Below are positions 9,401 to 21,047 of a DNA stretch of 22,780 nt, piece after piece. A program made the translations under genes and the position numbers. Position 1 is the stretch's first letter; every line of letters starts with the position of its first letter. The notes under the pieces are model-generated. The model saw nothing but the letters and a program-made list of their open reading frames with translations, searched no databases and was not told the origin of the DNA. This DNA comes from Tubiluchus corallicola (lineage: Eukaryota > Animalia > Priapulida), in contig JAQGDQ010001872.1 in the NCBI GenBank assembly GCA_030141605.1, forward strand, positions 1 to 22,780, read 5' to 3'.

Positions 9401-12400
9401 GCGACAAGTACAGTAGAATACACCGTAACTTGTGACAAGACGATATGTCGCGACAAGTACAGTAGAATTAACCGTAACTTGTGACCAGACGATATGTCGC
9501 GACAAGTACAGTAGAATTAACCATAACTTGTGACAAGACGATATGTCGCGACAAGTACAGTAGAATTAACCGTAACTTGTGACCAGACGATATGTCGCGA
9601 CAAGTACAGTAGAATTAACCGTAACTTGTGACAAGACGATATGTCGCGACAAGTACAGTAGAATTAACCGCAACTTGTGACCAGACGATATGTCGCAACA
9701 AGTACAGTAGAATTAACCGTAACTTGTGACAAGACGATATGTCGCAACAAGTACAGTAGAATTAACCGTAACTTGTGACCAGACGATATGTCGCAACAAG
9801 TACAGTAGAATTAACCGTAACTTGTGACAGGACGATATGTCGCAACAAGTACAGTAGAATTAACCGTAACTTGTGACAAGACGATATGTCGCGACAAGTA
9901 CAGTAGAATTAACCGTAACTTGTGACCAGACGATATGTCGCAACAAGTACAGTAGAATTAACCGTAACTTGTGACAGGACGATATGTCGCAACAAGTACA
10001 GTAGAATTAACCGTAACTTGTGACAAGACGATATGTCGCGACAAGTACAGTAGAATTAACCGTAACTTGTGACAGGACGATATGTCGCAACAAGTACAGT
10101 AGAATTAACCGTAACTTGTGACAAGACGATATGTCGCGACAAGTACAGTAGAATTAACCGTAACTTGTGACAAGACGATATGTCGCAACAAGTACAGTAG
10201 AATTAACCGTAACTTGTGACAAGACGATATGTCGCAACAAGTACAGTGGAATTAACCGCAACTTGTGACCAGACGATATGTCGCGACAAGTACAGTAGAA
10301 TTAACCGCAACTTGTGACAAGACGATATGTCGCGACAAGTACAGTAGAATTAACCGCAACTTGTGACAGGACGATATGTCGCAACAAGTACAGTAGAATT
10401 AACCGTAACTTGTGACAAGACGATATGTCGCAACAAGTACAGTAGAATTAACCGCAACTTGTGACCAGACGATATGTCGCAACAAGTACAGTAGAATTAA
10501 CCGTAACTTGTGACAGGACGATATGTCGCAACAAGTACAGTAGAATTAACCGTAACTTGTGACCAGACGATATGTCGCAACAAGTACAGTAGAATTAACC
10601 GTAACTTGTGACAAGACGATATGTCGCAACAAGTACAGTAGAATTAACCGCAACTTGTGACCAGACGATATGTCGCGACAAGTACAGTAGAATTAACCGC
10701 AACTTGTGACCAGACGATATGTCGCAACAAGTACAGTAGAATTAACCGTAACTTGTGACCAGACGATATGTCGCAACAAGTACAGTAGAATTAACCGTAA
10801 CTTGTGACAAGACGATATGTCGCAACAAGTACAGTAGAATTAACCGCAACTTGTGACAAGACGATATGTCGCGACAAGTACAGTAGAATTAACCGTAACT
10901 TGTGACAGGACGATATGTCGCAACAAGTACAGTAGAATTAACCGTAACTTGTGACAAGACGATATGTCGCGACAAGTACAGTAGAATTAACCGCAACTTG
11001 TGACCAGACGATATGTCGCAACAAGTACAGTAGAATTAACCGTAACTTGTGACAAGACGATATGTCGCGACAAGTACAGTAGAATTAACCGTAACTTGTG
11101 ACAGGACGATATGTCGCAACAAGTACAGTAGAATTAACCGTAACTTGTGACAAGACGATATGTCGCGACAAGTACAGTAGAATTAACCGCAACTTGTGAC
11201 CAGACGATATGTCGCAACAAGTACAGTAGAATTAACCATAACTTGTGACAAGACGATATGTCGCGACAAGTACAGTAGAATTAACCGCAACTTGTGACCA
11301 GACGATATGTCGCAACAAGTACAGTAGAATTAACCGTAACTTGTGACAGGACGATATGTCGCAACAAGTACAGTAGAATTAACCGTAACTTGTGACAAGA
11401 CGATATGTCGCGACAAGTACAGTAGAATTAACCGTAACTTGTGACAGGACGATATGTCGCAACAAGTACAGTAGAATTAACCGTAACTTGTGACAAGACG
11501 ATATGTCGCGACAAGTACAGTAGAATTAACAGCAACTTGTGACCAGACGAGATTTCGCAACAAGTACAGTAGAATTAACCGTAACTTGTGACAAGACGAT
11601 ATGTCGCGACAAGTACAGTAGAATTAACCGTAACTTGTGACAGGACGATATGTCGCAACAAGTACAGTAGAATTAACCGTAACTTGTGACAAGACGATAT
11701 GTCGCGACAAGTACAGTAGAATTAACCGTAACTTGTGACAGGACGATATGTCGCAACAAGTACAGTAGAATTAACCATAACTTGTGACAAGACGATATGT
11801 CACGACAAGTACAGTAGAATTAACCGCAACTTGTGACCAGACGATATGTCGCAACAAGTACAGTAGAATTAACCGTAACTTGTGACCAGACGATATGTCG
11901 CAACAAGTACAGTAGAATTAACCGTAACTTGTGACAGGACGATATGTCGCAACAAGTACAGTAGAATTAACCGTAACTTGTGACCAGACGATATGTCGCA
12001 ACAAGTACAGTAGAATTAACCGCAACTTGTGACCAGACGATATGTCGCGACAAGTACAGTAGAATTAACCGTAACTTGTGACAAGACGATATGTCGCGAC
12101 AAGTACAGTAGAATTAACCGCAACTTGTGACCAGACGATATGTCACGACAAGTACAGTAGAATTAACCGTAACATGGGACAAGACGATATGTCGCGACAA
12201 GTACAGTAGAATTAACCGTAACTTGTGACAAGACGATATGTCGCAACAAGTACAGTAGAATTAACCGTAACTTGTGACCAGACGATATGTCGCGACAAGT
12301 ACAGTAGAATTAACCGCAACTTGTGACCAGACGATATGTCGCGACAAGTACAGTAGAATTAACCGTAACTTGTGACAAGACGATATGTCGCGACAAGTAC

Positions 12401-13908
12401 AGTAGAATTAACCGTAACTTGTGACAAGACGATATGTCGCGACAAGTACAGTAGAATTAACCGCAACTTGTGACCAGACGATATGTCGCAACAAGTACAG
12501 TAGAATTAACCGTAACTTGTGACCAGACGATATGTCGCAACAAGTACAGTAGAATTAACCGTAACTTGTGACCAGATGATATGTCGCAACAAGTACAGTA
12601 GAATTAACCGTAACTTGTGACAAGACGATATGTCGCGACAAGTACAGTAGAATTAACCGTAACTTGTGACAAGACGATATGTCGCGACAAGTACAGTAGA
12701 ATTAACCGTAACTTGTGACAAGACGATATGTCGCGACAAGTACAGTAGAATTAACCGTAACTTGTGACAAGACGATATGTCGCGACAAGTACAGTAGAAT
12801 TAACCGTAACTTGTGACCAGACGATATGTCGCGACAAGTACAGTAGAATTAACCGTAACTTGTGACAAGACGATATGTCGCGACAAGTACAGTAGAATTA
12901 ACCGTAACTTGTGACCAGACGATATGTCGCGACAAGTACAGTAGAATTAACCGTAACTTGTGACAAGACGATATGTCGCGACAAGTACAGTAGAATTAAC
13001 CGCAACTTGTGACCAGACGATATGTCACGACAAGTACAGTAGAATTAACCGTAACATGGGACAAGACGATATGTCGCGACAAGTACAGTAGAATTAACCG
13101 TAACTTGTGACAAGACGATATGTCGCGACAAGTACAGTAGAATTAACCGTAACTTGTGACAAGACGATATGTCGCAACAAGTACAGTAGAATTAACCGTA
13201 ACTTGTGACCAGACGATATGTCGCGACAAGTACAGTAGAATTAACCGCAACTTGTGACCAGACGATATGTCGCGACAAGTACAATAGAATTTTTTAACCG
13301 TAACTTGTGACAAGACGATATGTCGCAACAAGTACAGTAGAATTAACCGTAACTTGTGACAAGACGATATGTCGCGACAAGTACAGTAGAATTAACCGCA
13401 ACTTGTGACCAGACGATATGTCGCGACAAGTACAGTAGAATTAACCGCAACTTGTGACCAGACGATATGTCGCAACAAGTACAGTAGAATTAACCGTAAC
13501 TTGTGACCAGACGATATGTCGCAACAAGTACAGTAGAATTAACCGTAACTTGTGACCAGACGATATGTCGCAACAAGTACAGTAGAATTAACCGCAACTT
13601 GTGACCAGACGATATGTCGCGACAAGTACAGTAGAATTAACCGCAACTTGTGACCAGACGATATGTCGCAACAAGTACAGTAGAATTAACCGTAACTTGT
13701 GACCAGACGATATGTCGCAACAAGTACAGTAGAATTAACCGTAACTTGTGACCAGACGATATGTCGCAACAAGTACAGTAGAATTAACCGTGACTTGTGA
13801 CAAGACGATATGTCGCAACAAGTACAGTAGAATTAACGGTAACTTGTGACCAGACGATATGTCGCAACAAGTTCAGTAGAATTAACCGTGACTTGTGATC
13901 AGACGATA
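6414..13908. repeat. 49-bp tandem satellite array, ~153 copies, ~7.5 kb
   Basis: Unit ACAAGTACAGTAGAATTAACCG(T/C)AACTTGTGAC(AA/CA/AG)GACGATATGTCGC(A/G); period 49 checked at 6421/6470; only two indels noticed (+1 at ~7048, +4 T at ~13291). Confidence 0.99.
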
Positions 13909-14074
13909 AGGATAGCAGACTAGGTGACTTTATAGTCTTTTCGCTATCCTTTCTCTAGTTCTAGATCTATCTATACATTTTAACCATTCTTCAAAACTTA
14001 TTAGCGACTCTTTTATTAATCATGTTTTATTGTAGTATTATAAAGAGATAAATAAATTAAAATTAAATTGGAGT
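13909..14074 (+). mobile_element. Probable 3' tail of a CR1/L2-type LINE or SINE inserted in the last satellite unit
   Basis: Begins with a hairpin AAGGATAGC-AGACTA...TAGTCT-TTTC-GCTATCCTT (13908-13951) and ends in AATAAATTAAAATTAAATT; satellite sequence resumes as GATATGTCGCAACGAGT at 14075-14091, with GATA on both sides. Confidence 0.45.
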
Positions 14075-14172
14075 GATATGTCGCAACGAGTCCGCATTCC
14101 GTCTGGGATGTTTTTACAAAGTCTTAAAAAGATTTTAACACGCTGCTGGCGCGTTGTCTTTGTTATATAGTT

Positions 14173-14566
14173 GCAAATCATAAAGCTGAAATTGATGCGT
14201 TTCAAAGGCGAAATTACAGAAACATTTTAGGTATTAGATGGCCAAAAAAATTTCAAACAAAGGTCTATATGAAAAAATAAAAGAAGAACCTTGGACAAGA
14301 AAAATAAAAAGACGCCGTTTAAGATGGATTGGGCATATGCTTAGACTACCTGATAATATTCCAGTGAAGATAGCTCTTCAACAAGCCATAGAACCAGCTA
14401 AAAAACCTGCAGGAGGACAAATATTAACATATTTAGATTTTGCACAGAAAGATTTAAACACTTCAGCATTGATTCTTAGAAAAAAATGTACTTGGGGCAT
14501 TGCAGCGAGTAGGCAGTCCTGGCATAGGGAGGTGAGCAGAATCATGTCGCTGGACGTGTGATTCAT

Positions 14567-14598
<32 letters not shown>
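14173..14598 (+). mobile_element. 5'-truncated RTE-clade non-LTR retrotransposon, copy 1
   Basis: Encodes the C-terminal segment downstream of RT (EIDAFQRRNYRNILGIRW...KIKRRRLRWIGHMLRLP...) with a -1 frameshift near 14244-14250; (GAT)n tail; 11-bp TSD ATATAGTTGCA at 14165-14175 and 14597-14607. Confidence 0.9.
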
Positions 14599-15625
14599 AT
14601 AGTTGCAGAATTATTATTTACTACAGTCGGGTAAAAATGTCCTGGAACTTATGTTGATTGTTTATCCAAAAAACCGATTTTAAGTAAAAACCACTATACA
14701 GTATTATTATAAAATCTGTCGTGTGGCTTTTGTATTCAGAATTCAAAAACAGCAACCATATACATGTACATTGTACATATACAGTAAACCTCGCCCCCCC
14801 CCCATGATGCCAGCCTCGCTTATCTTCAACTTTTACAATTACTATTCTGTAAAATACCTCAGATCTTACATTTTTTTCAAAAAAGGCTTAAAGTACGCCA
14901 CACGTACTACTCATTATTCTTAACACACGCAGACAAAAGTAAATACTACCATCACACTGGCATTTCTGTTTTTTTTGCTTATTTTATCTTGCATCTTCTA
15001 CATCTTCTCTTTCCATTTTGCCTTCTGTTCAGTCCTGTACAAGTCTGTCTTCTTGGCCTGAGCCGATATGTCAGCATCTGGTGAATTTAAACTGTTTTAT
15101 TTTGTGATAGTAACAGTTTGTTTTGTAAAGTTACGTAACAGTGTTGTATTTATGGTGTTTTGGAAATAAACTAAACTGAACCGAACTAAATATAATTTTT
15201 TTTATTTGTAAAACCAAAAGATACGCTTCTCATCAATGCAAAGTTCTGCCCACTAAACTTGACTTGCACTGAGTTAAATAATGACCAAGTACTTACTAAT
15301 GTTATTTACTATTCTATGAACATCTGATTTAGAATTTTATACTAGCAGTGACGGTTGTTTACATATTTTCAGAAACTAGGTTAAGTTATCTAGCACGGAG
15401 AAAGAATTCACAGTTCACTGCTTTTTAACGGGGTATGAGTTGCTCTGTTTGAAGGATGGCTTATTCAGCTGTATTGAATACGTAAATATTTCTTAACTGG
15501 CTTACTCGTGAACTTCTAAAACGGATGTACTTTAAAAAAACAATTGCCGCATTGCAAGACTTGGAAATTACGTTAAATTCTACTGCGCAGTTGAATTTAC
15601 TTGGAATGTCAATAAACAGTCTGCA

Positions 15626-15766
15626 GTCACGTGACAAAGATTGGCAAAGATTGAGATTCATAGAGATTTGGCTCGTGTATGTATGATCGTAAACAAACAT
15701 GTATGTTTCCTGTACGCAGTATAAAAACTTTGATAGCTATGAGAAATCTTTCTCCCCCCTTTCTCT

Positions 15767-15846
<80 letters not shown>

Positions 15847-15969
15847 GTTTTTCAAACCTAGACATGACTCAGCATGACGTAGCATATTAAGGATAATTAC
15901 GCAAACTCCTAGGCTAGAAATTATGACCAAAAAATGTGGCCAAGCCAAGATAGCTGTGAGCTACGTCAC
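15626..15969. promoter_or_regulatory. Candidate distal ARE/bZIP enhancer cluster
   Basis: ATGACTCAGCA (15864-15874) directly followed by TGACGTAGCA (15875-15884); GTGACGTAGC (-, 15969-15960); TTACGCAA (15897-15904); palindromic E-box GTCACGTGAC (15626-15635). Confidence 0.5.
15772..15844. repeat. (CT)n/(GA)n microsatellite
   Basis: Direct reading. Confidence 0.97.
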
Positions 15970-16088
15970 CAATATTCAGCAACTAGAGTTTAGCTTTAGA
16001 TTTGTACTGTTATAAATTGCATGGCCATTTATTTTATACTTTTGCGTTTTTAGTTAAAACCTGTTCCAACCATTTCACTCCACTGATG

Positions 16089-16445
<357 letters not shown>

Positions 16446-17212
16446 AGTATTAACGTTTAAACATGATTTCCTTGTAATAACTACTACTAAAGTACATGTC
16501 TACAATAACTGCGTTTGAGCTGCGCAGTAGAAACTATATCTAATTTTACTCTTGCAAATATGCATCAGTCAAATTTTCGTAAACCCAGTAACCTAGTAAC
16601 CCAATTTAATTACAATAACATGGGTAATATTATTTTATTTTATCACGCTTGATGAATGAATACATATTTGGAATTATAATTAATGTGAATTGAAATTTCG
16701 CTACAGCTTTACAAGATCTTGCGTGGAGGACAAAATACATTTAGATACACTTAGACGGTCGATGAAAAGACAAGTCAAAGATACTTTATTAATATTTTCG
16801 ACAAAAATTCGACAAAGCTGCGTCATCAGTTGCGTACAGTATACACATATACAAACAAGCACAAGTTTTAAGTTGATGTTTACAATAGAATTATTACATA
16901 TTATTATTATTATCTTTATTTCAAATTTTTACATAAAACTATTTACATATACAAATATTTAGATAAAATACATACAGTGACCCTCTATTTTGCAGGGTAT
17001 GGTTAAAAAAACGTTGTAAATAAAATAGCTGTTATATTCGTAAGACTTTTAAATACCAATAAATCACGGATTTCGTATCTCAAAATAATATAAAAGAACA
17101 ACTAAAATCAAATAGTACCAGTTTACACAAAACGACCTGTATAATATAAAAGTGACAGATATTATATAAAAGTTCAATATTTTATACTAAAGTTTGTAAA
17201 AACGAATCACAA

Positions 17213-18225
17213 AATTACATAATTACATTATTACATAAGCACACAGAGCAATCACAAAAGTGCTTAAAAATTGAGCAAGCACGCTAATTATGATAAAAAA
17301 ATAAGTTTTAATACTAGTTTTAAAAGAATTTTAAAATCAGTAATTGGTCACAAGTTAAAAGGAAGTTTGTTCCATTCACGTGGAGCTACACTGGCAAAAG
17401 CATGCTCACCACGCCATGCCATACCTGACTCTTCGACGATTGGTGACAGCAAGTGTAAAACTGTCCTGAGATCTCAAGGAATATCTAGGAACATAAAAAT
17501 TGCCTAGAACAATAAGATATGATTTGATCCAGGTCATACAAACATTTAAAAGTAATCAGCAACAGTTTAAAAATAAAACGTTGTTTGACAGGGAGCCAGT
17601 GCAATTCCATTCGAATCGGAATAATAATATGATCAAAACGCTTAGGCAGGGCCTATTTCAGCGTAAGTGAGGCCCGGGGAAGTGGGATGTGTGAGACCCC
17701 CTCGGGGGGGGGGGTGTTGTCGCCCAGAAAATTTTTGAACTGCTAGAACGCCGGAGAAGCATTTTCAGGCCCGGGGAAGTGGGATGTGTGAGACCCCCTC
17801 GGGGGGGGGGGGGTGTTTGCGCCCAGAAAATTGTTGAAATGCTAGAACGCCGGAGAAGCATTTTCGAATTGAAAATATGGAGTCATACAGTTGTTAAAGG
17901 AAAGAACAATTGAAAGAAAAATAGCTTTATTCTCAAGACCAGTCCTTAATACTTGTCGAATAGTCAAATCAAAAACAACAAAAAAATGTTACCTCGGCGC
18001 GAGGCCCCCCTGGAGGGTGAGGCCCCACGGAAGTATCCCCACTTCCCTCCCCCTGAAATAGGCCCTGCGCTTAGCTTTAGTAGCAATCCTAGCAGCAGTA
18101 TTTTAAAAACGCTGCAAACGATTAGCTTCGTAAGCTGGAATACCAAAATTATGAACTAGGCCAGTTCTGCAAAGATGAAAACGATATATTTACAAACACT
18201 ATTAATGCGAGCTTTCACGGAAAAA
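17213..18225 (-). mobile_element. Decayed L2-clade (CR1 group) LINE 3' fragment, interrupted by a MITE
   Basis: Minus-strand remnants GIPAYEANRLQRF*NTAARIATKAKR|FDHIIIPIRMELHWLPVKQRFIFKLLLITFK, YVPRYSLRSQD, AFASVAPREWNKLP, FKTSIKTY match the L2 ORF2 C-terminal motifs; 3' stem-loop TAAGCAC...GTGCTTA (17236-17266) followed by a (TGTAAT)-like tail; stops and frameshifts present. Confidence 0.85.
17647..18067. mobile_element. hAT-type MITE (421 bp) nested in the L2 fragment
   Basis: Perfect 15-bp TIRs CAGGGCCTATTTCAG / CTGAAATAGGCCCTG; 8-bp TSD CGCTTAGG (17639-17646) / CGCTTAGC (18068-18075); internal ~97-100 bp tandem duplication (17670-17866) with long G runs. Confidence 0.92.
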
Positions 18226-18734
18226 ACTGCATTACAGAATAGCTGCAATAATCTTCTTGCTCTGACTCAAGTTTCAACTGCACATTTACGTACTTACCAG
18301 GGGCGTAGCCAGGTTCTAAGCTTAGAGGGAGCAAGCACATAAAAAAAGGCGCGGTGACGCATACCAAAATAATAATTTTAACGCATTTTAATTTTGTGTT
18401 TAAAATCAAAACACGAGGAAGATACAGTTTTAAAGAGTGCACAACGCTGCTCTTAATAATCGTGATATATTTGCTTATGAGCTGTACTGGCTTATTGAAG
18501 GGAAAAACCACCTACCCGGCTTTTCGTATGAAGGAATTCGTCAGATTTTCAATTGTTTTATAACTAACTAATGTAAATATTCTTGTAGATTATTACTAAC
18601 AAACATTAATAAATTGCAGTGTTATAAAATGTAATATCTGCAAATAAAATCTTATATATTATATATATACACAATTGTTATTGTGTTTTTAAAATTAATA
18701 TTTGAAACATATTCTTAATGTTTCTTAACATAGC

Positions 18735-18949
18735 TTAAAGGACAAGAAAAGGGGCACCTGAAGTAGGTTTCAGAAAAATCGTCTTGAAAAATTATATTAC
18801 TTTACAGCAATTTTATACATGTATCGTACTCGATTACAAGGAATTTTTGTTTGTTTTCATTTTAAATCTCCCGCAAGACTGTTCCGACGGCGCCATTACA
18901 TGACGTCACTAGGCAAACGTAAATCAGGGGAAGAAAAGGCAATGTTAAA
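18735..18949 (+). mobile_element. Dispersed repeat, Kolobok-like DNA transposon end (third copy)
   Basis: TTAA|AGGACAAGAAAAGGGGCACCTGAAGTAGGTTTCAGAAA... aligns with ~4940-5141; homology begins exactly at TTAA|AGG, the Kolobok TSD/terminus pattern; no matching opposite end seen. Confidence 0.6.
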
Positions 18950-19701
18950 TCATGTGTCAAAACACTTGGGCTGTCGAACGTGTGTAGTTCGTCACAAACT
19001 AACACGTCTGAACTGTGAGGTACGGCACCTGTTTGTAACAGCGAAGAACTAGTGGTGCGAACGTGAAATTGTGTTTGTGTGATAATAATTCTTTCACGTA
19101 AGTCATTCTTTAAAAACAGAATATTTTAAAGAGTAGATTGTTTTGACCTGCAGTTTAAGATTGGAGCTGTTTTTGCTTTAACTCGGCAACCAACTCAGCA
19201 AACTAGCCAGTCGGCCACTTAGCCAGTCAGCCAACTGACCTACAACTCACAACAAGTTAAGAAATCAACATACAAACAAAGAAAGAAGTAATAGACAATC
19301 CAACAAAGAAATCTAAACAACTAACCGGCCAACCGACCGACGAAGTTGATGAACAATCAAAAAACAAAAAACAATTTTAACATCAAACAAGGTAAAATAA
19401 TAAACATGAGCATATGAGCGAGTGAAGTATGGACATGTACCATTCTTTGGCACAGCTGTATAGTTTAGATTGCGTCTATTACTGCAGGCCCTACACCATG
19501 CTGCCCTCTATTATGCAAATTCACAATTATCAAAAACTCTTCTAATTTTGACACGTTGTTGCACACAGAGCCGTGCGGTGGAAATAAAACTTTGTCTGCA
19601 ACGAAGTTTCACGTAGTTCAATTATCCCCGCACATGCGGGATCCAACACGCGAACTTATTACTAATAGTTTAATGATTCAGACCTCCATAATAAAATTTA
19701 A

Positions 19702-20214
19702 AAGTTTTTGAGAATAGGAAGATTTCTTTGGAAACAAAAATTAGAATATTCCCAGCCTTAGTTGAAACTATATTTCTGTATACCTCTGAGCTCTGGACAC
19801 TAAAAGCAAATTATAAAGCTGAAATCGATGCGTTTCAAAGGCGAAATTACAGAAACATTTTGGGTATTAGATGGCCAAAGAAAATTTCAAACAAAGATCT
19901 ATATGAAAAAAATAAAAGAAGAACCTTGGACAAGAAAAATAAAAAGACGCCGTTTAAGATGGATTGGGCATATGCTTAGACTACCTGATGATATTCCAGT
20001 GAAGATAGCTCTTCAACAAGACATAGAACCAGCTAAAAAACCTGCAGGAGGACAAACGTTAACATATTTAGATTTTGCACAGGAAGATTTAAACACTTCA
20101 GCATTGATCCTTAGAAATAAATCCACTTGGGGCACTGCAGCGAGCAGGGAGTCCCGGCATAGGGAGGTGAGCAGAATCATGTCCCTGGACGTATGATTCA
20201 TTGGATGATGGATG
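19702..20214 (+). mobile_element. 5'-truncated RTE-clade non-LTR retrotransposon, copy 2
   Basis: Highly similar to copy 1 and extends further 5' (ETKIRIFPALVETIFLYTSELWTL...); +1 frameshift in the A-run 19906-19912; short GGATGA tail; 12-bp TSD AATAAAATTTAA at 19690-19701 and 20215-20226. Confidence 0.9.
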
Positions 20215-20475
20215 AATAAAATTTAATACATACCCACAAAAAACCAAGTTTTGAAAATTATTCGCTGATGGCAAGTTTAAAAAGAGCAATGCAGCGGTGC
20301 TTAGCTATTCACACCTAAATCCAACACAAAATCACCAATTAAAACACTTTGGTTTGTGTGAGTTTAGAGAATTCTTCGATAATGGGCATGATGTAAAAGT
20401 TTGCTTCGCGTTTTTACAGTGTTTTGCACCAGGTGATGACATCAGAAACTGTTTAAATGTTTGCAAGTGAAAAAC

Positions 20476-20949
20476 AAAATCTGTCATACTGTAGCTTCCA
20501 TGTATACGCATTGTGTTAAAATCTGTCATACTGTTTACTGTATCATGTATACGCATGTGTTAAAATCTGTCATACTGTACCGTCCATGTATACGCATTGT
20601 GTTAAAGTCTGTCATACTGTACCGTCCATGTATACGCATTGTGTTAAAATCTATACTTTGTACCGTCCATGTATACGCATTGTGTTAAAATCTGTCATAC
20701 TGTACCGTCCATGTATACGCATTGTGTTAAAATCTGTCATACTGTACCGTCCATGTATACGCATTATGTTAAAATCTGTCATACTGTACCGTCCATGTAT
20801 ACGCATTGTGTTAAAATCTGTCATACTGTACCGTCCATGTATACGCATTGTGTTAAAATCTGTCATACTGTACCGTCCATGTATACGCATTGTGTTAAAA
20901 TCTGTCATACTGTACCGTCCATGTATACGCATTGTGTTAAAATCTGTCA
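20476..20949. repeat. 42-bp minisatellite, ~11 copies
   Basis: Unit AAAATCTGTCATACTGTACCGTCCATGTATACGCATTGTGTT; left copies diverged, right copies near-identical; explains the repetitive ORFs 20332-21013. Confidence 0.97.
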
Positions 20950-21004
20950 ACAGTTTATATACTGTAGGCTCTGCTTATATAAACTGGTTGTTGTTTGTAT
21001 AGCG

Positions 21005-21047
21005 TCCCACTGATGATGACAGCTGATTAATGTCGAAACGTCTGGAA
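21005..21047 (+). ncRNA. Minimal type I hammerhead ribozyme (Penelope-like-element type)
   Basis: UCCCA-CUGAUGA-U-GACA(GCUGAUUAA)UGUC-GAAA-CG-UC-UGGAA: both conserved core boxes, 4-bp stem II, loopless palindromic stem III (ACGU), GUC cleavage triplet (after 21042), short stem I (CCA/UGG). Confidence 0.72.

Noticed and set aside
6414-13908. 49-bp array as a CRISPR array or repeat-protein gene
   Set aside because: No unique spacers, no cas genes, eukaryotic context; 49 is not a multiple of 3, so frames shift each unit and hit stops
14950-15077. Purine-rich minus-strand exon-like stretch (ADISAQAKKTDLYRTEQKAKWKEKM*)
   Set aside because: No polypyrimidine tract, weak donor, in-frame stop and no recognisable homology; TBLASTX or RNA-seq would be needed to revive it
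16790-16833. Minus-strand CTGATGA...GAAA second hammerhead candidate
   Set aside because: Stem II cannot form in register with GAAA, and no convincing stem I/III or cleavage triplet
18298-18313. CAGGGGCGTAGCCAGG, resembling a hAT MITE terminus
   Set aside because: No matching inverted end or TSD found in the window
19624-19670. GC hairpin CCCGCA-CA-TGCGGG as a Helitron 3' end
   Set aside because: No CTRR terminus at the expected short distance downstream
20332-21013. Cys/His-rich repetitive ORFs (MYTHCVKICHTVPS)n as a metal-binding protein
   Set aside because: A 42-bp unit is open in several frames on both strands; indels in the left copies break frame and there is no splice or codon-position evidence
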